Source: Nemertoderma westbladi
Lineage: Eukaryota > Animalia > Xenacoelomorpha
Assembly (NCBI GenBank): GCA_032718475.1
Contig: JAUCBJ010007390.1
Coordinates: forward strand, 1 to 60,204
DNA: 60,204 nt
Reading direction: 5' to 3'
In this document: piece after piece, positions 27,150-38,008 of the stretch
Layout of the letters: each line of letters starts with the position of its first letter
Position numbering within the stretch: position 1 is the first letter of the stretch
Position numbers and translations under genes: made by a program
The notes under the pieces: model-generated
What the model saw: the letters and a program-made list of their open reading frames with translations, nothing else
The model's database searches: none
What the model was told of the DNA's origin: nothing

Positions 27150-28069
27150 GTGGGTTTTTTAGGTTTAAGTGGTGGTTGAATCTTTGTTTTCTCCTCCCTT
27201 GCGATATTTCGAAAGACGTAGTACGGTTGTAGTGGCGCTATATCATCGGCTGATATCAGGAACGAATTCAGTAATTGTATCGCATTGAGTACCGGTATTG
27301 ATTAATGTACTGTGCAGTATGTAAAATGTACTTTAATGTTAAAAGTTAATGTACTTTACTAACTTCTATATCCTTTTTGCTACTCTCTATCCATGATCCA
27401 AGGTACTGGAAGTCGTCGACCTTCCTTAGTTGATTATTATCAATGGTTGTCAAGTTTTCATCAACATTAAGTCATTATGTCATGAATTCGGTCTTGGTGG
27501 CATTTATATGCAATCCAACCTCCTTAGCAGCCCTCTCCACTTTATTTAGTAGAATAAGCTGTGCATCTGCTAGAGTATTAGAGAGCAGGGCGATGTCATC
27601 CGCAAAGTCGGTGTCTGTTGTTGCTGGATATCTACTACTTCTGCGTTCTTGAAGTGTGAATCCCAGAGCTTCACCCTTTGTGGCCATCCTCATTGCGTAA
27701 TCCAGCACAATTACAAATAGTAATGGTGCTATTGTGTCACCTTGCAGTACGCCAGCCAAGATTGAGAAAAATTCAGTTTCACCATCTGGTGTCAGTACCT
27801 GCGCTTCTGTGTCACAATATAACAATCCAATGCCAGAAACAATTACTTCTGGTATTCCATAAGCTTGTAGGATTTCAAGCATTTTACCTCTATGGATAGA
27901 GTCGAATGCCTTATTGAAGTCCACAAAAGTCATGACTGCGGAGAGATTCTTCGGCTTAACTCCTTCAATCAGTCTCCGTAGTGCAAGTATCTGAGCTATT
28001 GTTGATCTATTTGGTAGAAATCCGTTTTGGCTCTTACGTAGTAGTTTCTCTATGTGAGGCCTAATCCTA

Positions 28070-29510
28070 TCATCATCATCCGGCTTTAAATGCCACCGGC
28101 GGCTTTAATGTTAAAATGTTCAAACAATAACAGACAGACTAAATGCGCACAGATATATGGTAAGTTACGGTAATACAGTTTGCATAATTTAATAAACATT
28201 AAATGTATATATTAAAAGAATAATCCCCTTAAAGCCAGCAACTAAAATATATACCATTATTTAAGACACGCCGATATACCGAAGACTCGACAACAATCCC
28301 TACCCGCTGCGACTGCACCAGCCGTATTAAATCAAATGCCACAGCCGCGAGCGCCTGCCTACTCCGACTCCCGCCCCGCCTAGGCAACATCGGTCTTTTT
28401 CACAGGGCGAGAACCAGGGACACACGAGCGCCAGTTCTCGCTATAATAATCCATAACACAGTGCCATTTGAGAATGTAGTTAGCGTCTGCCTGCATTGTT
28501 CATTGTAGACCAAATGTAAAGTGTATTGAACCAATCTCGGAAGGATAATTCACTAATATAACTATTATCTTTACTCAATATCGCTTTTATGTCATATTTA
28601 CTGCAGCTAATAGCTTCTAAACTGGGGTATCCCATACGAACAGAACCGACTTTATAATCCGCCAATAGTTGGTCATACAAATACCCTGATAAGTGTTTCA
28701 CTAACAAGTTACTGAAGAAATACTTTATTCTAGGATTATCGCAATTAAAGACTGAGTAAATTAAGCGTAGTTGAGCTGCATGAATTCTAGTGTTAAGGCG
28801 CTCTTCCTCGAACAGAGAATACAACCTTTCGTTAGAAATATAAGAGCCCATATCTAGGATTGACCGCATCGCCTTTTGCAATATTATTCCAAGAGAGTCA
28901 AACATATCTGTTGGGATAGTGGACGCACCATATAAAGCAGATGGAGCACATACAAAGTTCCATATCAACTTAGTTATGTAAAAGGGGACAGAGTCTAGGC
29001 CCAGTCCTCGCGTTCTCAGTTTAATGTACGACTCGAGACCCGGAAGTGGTAAACCTAGGAATGTGCAGTGATTTGCCTTTTGTACGGCTCTTCCATCTTT
29101 TAGGTATACCCTGTCATATTTATCAGTCTGTTTGCCCCATATTATTTCATTACATTTCAGAGTGCTTGTTATGAACCACGATTTTTTATAGTTCAGTTGC
29201 AATTTGTGCTGAATGAAATAGTTTTCGCATATCAATAGGATTTCTTGAATGTCGCCCTTCCGGTTTGCGAGGAGTAATATTTCATCCGCATATGATTTCG
29301 CAGGATAGGGAGTCTTGTTGATATACAGACCTTTCTTTACCTGATTCATCAAGCTTGTTGAACAGATCTGCTAGATAAATGTTGAATAACATAGGGGATA
29401 GGACACCCCCCTGTCTCACCCCGCAGTTTAAACTTATAGGTTCTCTGGTTATAATATTATTAATAGCAATGTAGGCCCTCGATCTTGAGTAGTAAGAATA
29501 TAATGTTAGA
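28070..29510 (-). mobile_element. 5'-truncated non-LTR retrotransposon (RT C-terminal half) with (ATG)n tail, inserted in the RTE
   Basis: GVRQGGVLSPMLFNIY and YADEILL; ORF 28480-29352; gatgatgatg tail at 28070. Confidence 0.8.
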
Positions 29511-31419
29511 GAATATATAGAATCCTATATATTCTCCTATATATATAGTCATATATATCATATAGTCATATATATAGAATCCTATATAGCCGAGGTATAT
29601 ACCGAGGTCTCCTTTCTTAGGGAGAGGTTTTAGTTGACCTTTAGTCCAAATTGGTCGTGGCTTTTCCCCTTTTAACATCCGGTTGCAAACACTCAATAAT
29701 GGTCTGTTTAGCACTCCTGTTTTCCATACCTCCACTGGGATTTCATATAATCCACTCGCTTTATTATTGGACATGCTTTTAATGCTTCTTTGGAATTTGG
29801 CAGGTGTGAAGTCCCCTGTTTCTATAGGTAGTGTCTTGTCATATATTTTCCTTGTAGGGCTGACCTCGATGTTTGGTGGCTGCCCAAGCAAGTTGCTGAA
29901 GTGATTTTTCCACTTCCCAACACGTTCTTCAAGGCTATCGGCTTTGAGGCGCCCCTTTGCACAACTTTTCCGACCAAATACCTCATTTACAGTTTGCCGG
30001 GTAAGTCTTGATTGTTGCTGTATGTGAGCAGTTGTAATTGCTTCAATTTTATCCTGTATGTACTTTTCCTGGCTGATGTAGTAGGCCAATTTAAGATCGT
30101 CCTTAGCTATCTCAACCTTGTTAATGTTTTCGGTTGTTGGTTGTTCAGTTTTTACTTTGTAGGCTATCTTAAGATCTTCTCTCTTACAAGTAACCTCAGA
30201 GTTTTGCCATGGCACATATTGTTTTCGTTTGGGTTTCTGTGGTATATGCCTCTTAGCTGATTCCTTGTGGGCTGTTATTATATTCTGGTATATTGAATCT
30301 GTGGACTGGTCTTCATCCATTCCTGAAGTGCTTCAAAGCGGTTTTGAACTTCTACTGTATAAGCATCCTTTACTGCATTGTCAGTTCTGAGTTTCTCCCA
30401 GTCATAGTTGATTTGCTTGCTTGTCCTGGGTTTGCTGGCTCTCAAACTGAGTCTGATCTCTGCAGTCACAATTCTGTGGTCCGAGCCAATTAAGTTGAAC
30501 GAGCTGTATGCCTCGCAGTTGATCATGCTGTTTCTCCACTTTTTGTTTATAAGGATATAATCCAGTTGTGCTTTGGTTCCATTAGGGTATTGAAAGGTCC
30601 ATAGCTTCCCCTTACTCTTTTCGAATGTGTTGTTTGTTGGTATCAATTCACATTCTTCCAATAGGTCTAAACGTAAGTACCAATTTCTGTTAGAACTGGT
30701 GTTATAGGTGTAACCCTTGATGTCTTCTGAGCCAATTTGCGCATTCAGGTCACCAGCAATTACTTTAACATTGTGTTTCGGAATGTCCTTTATAAGTCCA
30801 GTCAGAACTTCATAAAACTTGACTGATTGTTCTGGCTCTGAAGCATTTTTTGGACTGTAGCAACATATAGCTGTTGTCTTGGGATTCCCCTCAAATGTTG
30901 CAATCATAACCCTGGAATTTATAGATTCGATGTTGTTTAGGGTCTTAAGTGCAAATGGGCTTAGCAGAATTCCTACTCCACCAATTGATGCATTGGCGCA
31001 GTTCTTACTGCTGTGCTTGTTACTAACGTCCATCCATTTCCAATGTCATTGTACTTCATGGCAGTGTCTTCATGACAAATCCGATGTTCTTGGATGCAGA
31101 TGATGTCGATGTTATATTCCATTGCCAGAGCAACCATGTCACCCTGTTTGCTATTAGCTTTCAGTGTGCGTGCGTTCATTGTAGCAATCTTTAGTGTCTT
31201 TTTACATTACAACAGGTTGGTTCTTCTTTCTTCTCTGTCTTCTGTTCAAGTAGCCAATTTATCGACCCCAGCCTGGTGTTCCACTGAGGGACGAGGTCCT
31301 TGTTGACCCAGGCAACGACCGAGCCGGTATTTCTCCTGGAGGGTTCTCATACTCATATCTTTCAGTTGCGAGAGTAAACCGCTTGTGGTCGCAACTCCTA
31401 CAAGCGTCTTCGAAGTAGG

Positions 31420-32689
31420 TGTAAAAGCTTCTGTGGGATATAACTGGCCCTTTTGCTTCGCAATCCAGTTTCCCCCCTAGGCGCTGGAATACTCTAAAAG
31501 GCTCTCTAACTATATATAATTTCCCCTCGCCCGCAAGGTACCGTTATAAGTGTTTTAACGGACATAAAAGTCATTCTTCTATATACGTGTTTTGGCGGAC
31601 ATGGTAAGGCAAAAAACCTGCAATGCACCAAATACCTTTCACAGCTTAGCCGTGATGATTCATATTACGACATCTAACAGCTGGTTGCTGACATGGAAAC
31701 AGCCATTGGCCACATGGTTCTTTGTTTAGCTTAAGCCAATCAGAGCGATTTTTTCTGTCGATGTGGAGCTTTTCGGCCGATCATACTAGGAGTGTTCAGT
31801 CTTACTGTTTTTCTTGATACTTTGTGTTGTTGCTTTCTAGGCCAGGAACACCGGCTCTAGAGTCAATTCGTTTTCAGACTTTAGAAGAAACATTAGTAGG
31901 CTTAAGATTATAGAGCGTATAACTGTTATCAGTTCAATTCATATCAATCATAACGACTCAATCGGCACATACATTGTCATATCATATCTTAACCTACCGT
32001 CTTAATGTTTTACTGTTGTCATATTTTGTATTAGTTGGTTGAATATTATTTGGAGAACATTTATAAAGAACCCAAATTTCCCAATTTTCTTGATACACTA
32101 CAGGTTAGAGAGACGGGTTATATATAGCGATTGCGACTTATATTATTGTGTTTGTAGTGAATTTAATGCTATTTGATAAGCACTACATTGGTCCGTTGCT
32201 GTTCTCTCTATATATGATAAAATTCATTGACGGTCGGCAAATTAGTGAGCAGTATTGTGTGTTACCGGTAGTGTGCATGATTGTGACTGATAACTAAGCA
32301 TTTCCTAAAGAATGCGCCTCATACTTGAATCATAAGCCTTACCGACTTACCGTTGTGATTAGTATAAGTCATATCTCTGTTTACCTAGATAGAGCGCCAC
32401 GTCCAAAAGGAACTGTTAATATTTCCCGAAAGTAAATAATATTAGTCAGAAATTTATTAACGATCAATCGAATAATACAGTAAGCTTACACTGCAATAAT
32501 AATCTAAGCCCTCAGAATCCAGCCCCCCGGGTATATCCAGCGGGTGAATGGACGCGCACTAGGCTGGCTTCTGCTAATGTTGTGTTTATTGGTATTAAAT
32601 ATTTGTCAACTTCTAAAGTATATTTATAAACCAAAAGACATATAAATTTTGGCAGGTTAAACTGCTAAAGGTCTTCAAAAGCGCGTACA
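31420..32689 (+). repeat. 5' LTR
   Basis: TGTAAAAGCTT...GCGCGTACA; near-identical to 52748-54017. Confidence 0.95.
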
Positions 32690-32754
32690 ATAACAGTTAT
32701 TGACTTTATTGCAGTAAGCAATAAAGTTGAAAGTACCGGTCGACCGGTAAACCT

Positions 32755-32882
32755 GAACCGGTACTTCTGTAGGTCAGTAGGCCCAACTGCCAGAACCGGT
32801 ACTGCCGTAGGTCCGTAGGTCCAACTGCCAGAACCGGTACTTCTGTAGGTCCGTAGGCCCAACTGTCCTAACCGGTACTTCC
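32755..32882 (+). repeat. 38-bp tandem repeat x~3.3 in the element leader
   Basis: gaaccggtacttctgtaggtcagtaggcccaactgcca units. Confidence 0.85.
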
Positions 32883-33049
32883 AGTATAAGTACATTAGTA
32901 TTATTCGATTTTGATTATTGTATACCGGTAGGTCTTAGTATTTAATCAGGGACTGCAGCCCTGGTTCTTTATTGAGATTTTACTTATTTCTGTCGGTTTT
33001 ATTTACATGTAAGTTAATATTGAGCTGAAGACGTGTAAGTCTGCTCAGA

Positions 33050-33632
33050 TTGTTCAGATAATTGTAGGCCGGACTGTTGTCGGATTGTTGTTGGGTTTGG
33101 AGAGATTACGGCGCGTGTAGAGTTTGTCCGATAGAGTGCCAGTTAATAAGTTGGGGCAGCCATAGCTGTAAGGTCAATCCCCTCTTAAAGAATAAGTCGT
33201 ACTACCGTGTTAGAACGCATACTAACTAACCATTTTGGAATCTGCACATACTGTAGTTTATTTAGGCTTGACAGTATTCTGCCAGCGTTTTGGCCTGTGT
33301 TTGTTTGTGTGGTCTGTTCAGGTACCGTAATAGTTATTACTCAGATATTTTGTAGGCTGGATTGTTGTCTAGCTATTATTAGGTCTGAAGAGATTGCTGC
33401 GTGTGTAGAGTTTGTCTGATAAAGCGCCAGTTAGTAAGTTGGGGCAGCCATAGCTGTAAGGTCAATCCCCTCTTAAAGAATAAGTCGTACTACCGTGTTA
33501 GAACGCATTCTAACTAACCATTTCGGAATCTACACGTACAGTAGTTTATTTAGGCTTGGTGGTAGTCTGCCAGCGTTTGGTTTGTATTTTGTTTGAGTAT
33601 TCTGTACGGGTAGCGTAATATTTATTATTCAG
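33050..33632 (+). repeat. ~288-bp diverged tandem duplication in the element leader
   Basis: ttggggcagccatagctgtaagg at 33151 and 33439. Confidence 0.85.
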
Positions 33633-34925
33633 AGTTTATGCGATTATTCGCAACATTCATGTCCCCAAGTTTATTCCTACAGTAATTGTGTTTGTTATAC
33701 ATACCGTTATAGTTAAATTAACCCCAGTACTACACGGGCTGCTTGGCGTAGGAAAAGACTGGTGACTTTATGCTTCGGTCACTCCAGCAGATGCCGTGGT
33801 TCTTTTAACTGTTCAAGTATATTTAACTACTGATTATTTGTTGTACCAGTACTTGTACCTAATTTAGGGTTTAGTGTACAGTGCTTTCCGAAGTAATTAG
33901 TGTGTAGGCAGTATATTTGTGTTGTAAAGTGGTTAATAGGCACGTTGGATCTGGTAGTCCGCGGTAATTAACTTCCAGGTAGGAACACTCCGTGATACAT
34001 AACGTAGTACCTATAGCGATACGGCTATAGGTCGTCAGGCGGTGGTATTTTCCTATCTGGACAGTGCAATATATTTACTACTACTTATTATTTTCAAATA
34101 CCGTAGTACCCTGTCCTTTGTAATAACCAGAATTCTAACCCTTTGTTAGGCTGGTTTGTAGACTTCCTGTAAAATTACACTAAAATTTCGTACGTAATAT
34201 TTTTGTTGTGTTTAAGTAGAGATTTAATCTCACCCGTATCGTAAGTAATTTGTAGTATTAAGTAACTTAGGTAAATTAGAATTATCTGTTTTAGTGTCCA
34301 ATAAGTAGCACTCCACTGAGAGCGCACAGCTTCCGTGTAGTGACTTCCCCCAGAAATAATAACATTTATTTCAAATATTGACAAAACCCATTTTAAACGG
34401 GTATATATCTATTATAAATCAACTCAAACGATTTATAAATAGTAGGCCTGCCATACAACAACTAGGTCTCAATATCAGTTGGACTACTGCTTAAATAACG
34501 GTAATAAAGTAAGTTAAAGTAACCAAGTAACCCTAAAATATTCAGAAATTCAATTATTCTAAAATAATTGACATACCGGTATTTACCATAGGCTTATTAT
34601 ATTTATTTCTATAAATTTGGGCTGAAATCATACCGGTACTCTGTAATTAATTCTAGTTCATAATTATACTTATATATACTATAAGTGTAAGCTGTATACC
34701 GGTATTCACGATAGGCCTATTATATATTTATATATATTTGTGCTAAAATTATATACCGGTACTCTGTGACAAACCTAGTTTACAATACTTATATATACTA
34801 TAAGTGTATACCGGTATTCTCATATACTGCAATAAATTACCGGTACTAGGCCAACGGTCATACTGAATTACTAGACTTGCTTTAACTGTAACTATAGCAG
34901 TAAGCATTCAACTGTATAGCTAAAC

Positions 34926-37900
34926 ATGTCTGACACCCAGCAAAACCTGTCAGACAGTCTAATCGATACAACCATCTGTGACACAGATAGGAGTGTGGAG
35001 CGATTAAGAAAGGAGTTCAGCTCACCTCCTACTGAAAGAAAGGTCATCCCTCCAGTAGTAGTATCAGACCCTAAGCTAATCCAACACCGTAGGTCTATCA
35101 TCGGCACTCGGGCCCAAGTCAAACGGAACCAGGAAGCAGCTGTCTCACAGCAGCAACAGCCTAGTCAAGAAACTTGTTCCCAGCGATCCGATAGCTCCAT
35201 TAGTTCGGATACTGTCGAGCTGAACCCCGAACGCGGATTGCAGATGGCGGCTACAGCCTACTCGGATCCCCTTCTCACCCTTCCTGCCGCAGTGCTAACT
35301 ACTATATTGATTGCGGTGGAGGAACATCAAGTCGATTGGGCGAGAAATAAGCGAGCGACCCAAGATAATTATGCGGGATACGCCAGGGAAGAATTGATGT
35401 CTATTGTCGAGTCACAATGGAACTTTCCCGGACCCGGACTCCCGTTAGATCTGTCCGAGGCTACTTGGGAAGATATACACAGGATGGGAGTGGCTAAAGA
35501 TACGATGGATCCAGCTGTTTGGAAGAGGTCGGCAGCAGGATATGTGCAGGGATTCTTCGGCTCCTTAGAGCGATTAGAAGAACAACTGTTTCGACAACCC
35601 CAAGGACCTCAAGAGCAGGAAGAACTGCTATATCAAGTACGCGAAAGAACCCTACGCATTCGACTAATCCTATCAGCTTTTGAAGAAACTTCCAAAAGAA
35701 GACAGGACACGTCGCTGCAGGTTTCTGTTAAGACTTGGTTCCAGCGGGTAGGTCTCAAAGTGCAAAAAACGGACCAGTGGAAATCCCAGCTGTCTGAGAG
35801 ACTAACTTATGAAGAACCAACCGATGCCACCCTTTCTCAAGTGGAAGGCGAAGAGACCGCAGAGAAACCACGAACGAGAGACGCCATAGACATTTATCTG
35901 TCCGACTATCAGCGATTCCTAGGAGACGAAGAGTTGAGGAGACGGCTGTCTGGACTTTCCCCTAATAGTGAAGGAACCCAGCGTGTGTTAGACTCAATCG
36001 ATGCTGAAATGTTAGCTGCTAACCAAGCAGAATTTGATGAAAAACTCCGCCTCGCTAGAGTCCAAGAAGAACAAGTAAAGAAAAGACGGATAGAGGAACA
36101 AAAGGCGGCGGCTATGGCAGAAGCAGAAGTAGATAGAAAGGCAGCGGCGGCAGAAGCAGAAGCAGAAAGAAAGGCAGCGGCGGCAGAAGTAGAAGCAGAA
36201 AGAAAAGCAGCAAAGGCAGCAGCGGCAGAAGCAGAAGCAGAAAGAAAGGCAGCGGCGGCAGAAGCAAAGGCGGAAAGGGCAGTGGCAGAAGCAGAACGGA
36301 GAGCGTCTGAGCAGACTACCCAACTGGAGTTGGAAAATCTGCAAGAGACGCAAGACAACATAAATAAACAGTTAACTGCTAGTAAATGCAGATGATGAGA
36401 CGATCTACTCCCAAACGCCAGGGATACACATCATCGGAGGAAAGCGAAACCACCGATCCTAAAGGCGGAGGAAATAGATCTCGTCTAAGCAGGCGTAGAA
36501 AAACATCTCACCGTCACAAATTGCCTGATTTGCCCCCAGCTGTTAGAAGACAGCTAGCTAGCGCAGACTTAGGTAGTACGGAACCCACATACCAAACTAT
36601 TCAGGTCAAAAGACTCCCTACAATAGTTGATGAGCCTGAAATAATTAGGCCTGTCGTTCCCAAAGTCACACCTGTGCTAGAGACCCCTGTACTTCCAGAG
36701 CTTAACTCTAAGTTCCCTTTACACAGTACTACACTGCCTGTACCCAGTAGAACAGTCCATGAGAATATTCCTGTCCTGGAAGCTGAGAGAGAAATCAAAG
36801 ATTTGTCTCCCGTCGTCCCACGTCAGCCCGCTACAATGTTGGCGACTCCCGCTTCGGCGGTCGAGTGGGTAGAGGAGGGACGGCGGGGGATGAATCTCCT
36901 GCTCGGACAGATGCAGGAGACTGTCTACCAACTTAAGGGAACAGTAAGGGAAGGTAGGGCCGAATTGCAAGAAGTGCAGCAAAGTATCGCGCTAGAACGC
37001 GATTAATTAGTCAATATCCAAAAGGGGATACCAATACCCCCTGTAAAATTGTGTCAACCTGTTAGGTCTGAAGTATTACATGCGCAAGGTGTGGAGCCTA
37101 CACGCATCTATACTGCTAGTGAAGTAGAAACTCCTATAGCAAACCCTATTAAGGGTGATTATAAATCTGTTGTTAATGATATTCCCTATAGACCTGATAA
37201 TGATCCGAGAAATTTATATACCGATAATTCGATATTAAATAACACGATGGCCCAAGAAAGCTTTACGCGTCAGATGGCTAGAACAGAAGCCCGCCAAGCG
37301 GTCAAAGTGGGAGAGATCGTCAAATTCAATGGAGATGAGATGAAATGGTTACCTTTCAACGAATATTACAAAGATAGCATACAAAACTCTGTACTATCTA
37401 ACGGAGAGAAACTTAGGTTCCTCATCAAGTGCTTGGAAGGACCTCCCAGGTTAATGGCGTTAAAGTTTATTGGACATCCAGAAGGATTAAGACAGGTATG
37501 GGATACATTAAACATCAGGTATGGTAACAAGGATAACATAGCTAAGTATTTGTATGCAAAATTAGTAGCCCCCCGACACTTCCTTAGTAGCGGGATTATA
37601 GAGTTTTCCGATGAAATTCAGGAGATCTGTAGACAATTGGACTGGTTAGGTAAGTCTCATGAATATCAGAGTTCAATGGTTATTGGAGCCGTAGTCTCTA
37701 CTTTACCAAAGGGTGGAGTATGTACACGCTGGGACAAGAAAGTGTTGTACATGAATGAACAACAACGACGAAGTCCTACCATGGCTGATCTCATGTCCTT
37801 CTTAGATGGTGAGGTAAAACTACAACTCATCAAGCAGTCCAGAGAGAAAACATCGGAAAATAAGGTAAGTGAGAAACCCGCTTCTAGGAGAAGAGTAACA

Positions 37901-38008
37901 CCGGTGTGTTACACTGACGACGGCGAAAGCCAAGCTTCTCAAGAAGAGGACAGCGGGAAAGACACTGAGAGATCTTACTACGTTGAAAAAACCTCAAAAG
38001 TACAGTGA
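34926..38008 (+). pseudogene. gag: BEL/Pao gag region, disrupted (frameshift ~36390, in-frame TAA 37004-37006)
   Basis: Long N-terminal extension with an AEAEAERKAAA coiled coil, then the DUF1759-type core KFNGDEMKWLPF..LSNGEKLRFL..LEG..RYG. Confidence 0.8.

Larger units (their letters stand above)
25168..27360 (-). mobile_element. ORF1-only (internally deleted) CR1/L2/L1-like retroelement inserted in the RTE
   Basis: Intact ORF1, short PHD-like ORF, A-rich 3' end; interrupts the RTE between KDIEV and KAKAY. Confidence 0.65.
24647..31419 (-). mobile_element. RTE-like LINE split into pieces (31419-~29600, 28069-27361, 25167-24647); its 5' leader probably continues at ~54023-54290 beyond the BEL insertion
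   Basis: APE motifs (MNARTL, CIQEHR, AGDLNAQ, QLDYILI, SDHR); RT motifs (FVDFNKAFDSIHR, QGDTIAP, FADDIALL); C-terminal LRFSGHC; (TAG)n tail at 24647-24661. The frame resumes across each insert. Confidence 0.9.

Noticed and set aside
31245-31330. HDV-like ribozyme in the RTE 5' leader (minus strand)
   Set aside because: A gcctgg/ccaggc stem and cctcgtcc are suggestive, but I could not assemble P3/P1.1 in the required order; needs an RNArobo/Infernal search.
35909-36361. Ala/Ser-rich and Cys/Phe-rich minus-strand ORFs
   Set aside because: Shadows of the + strand AEAERKAAA coiled-coil repeat.
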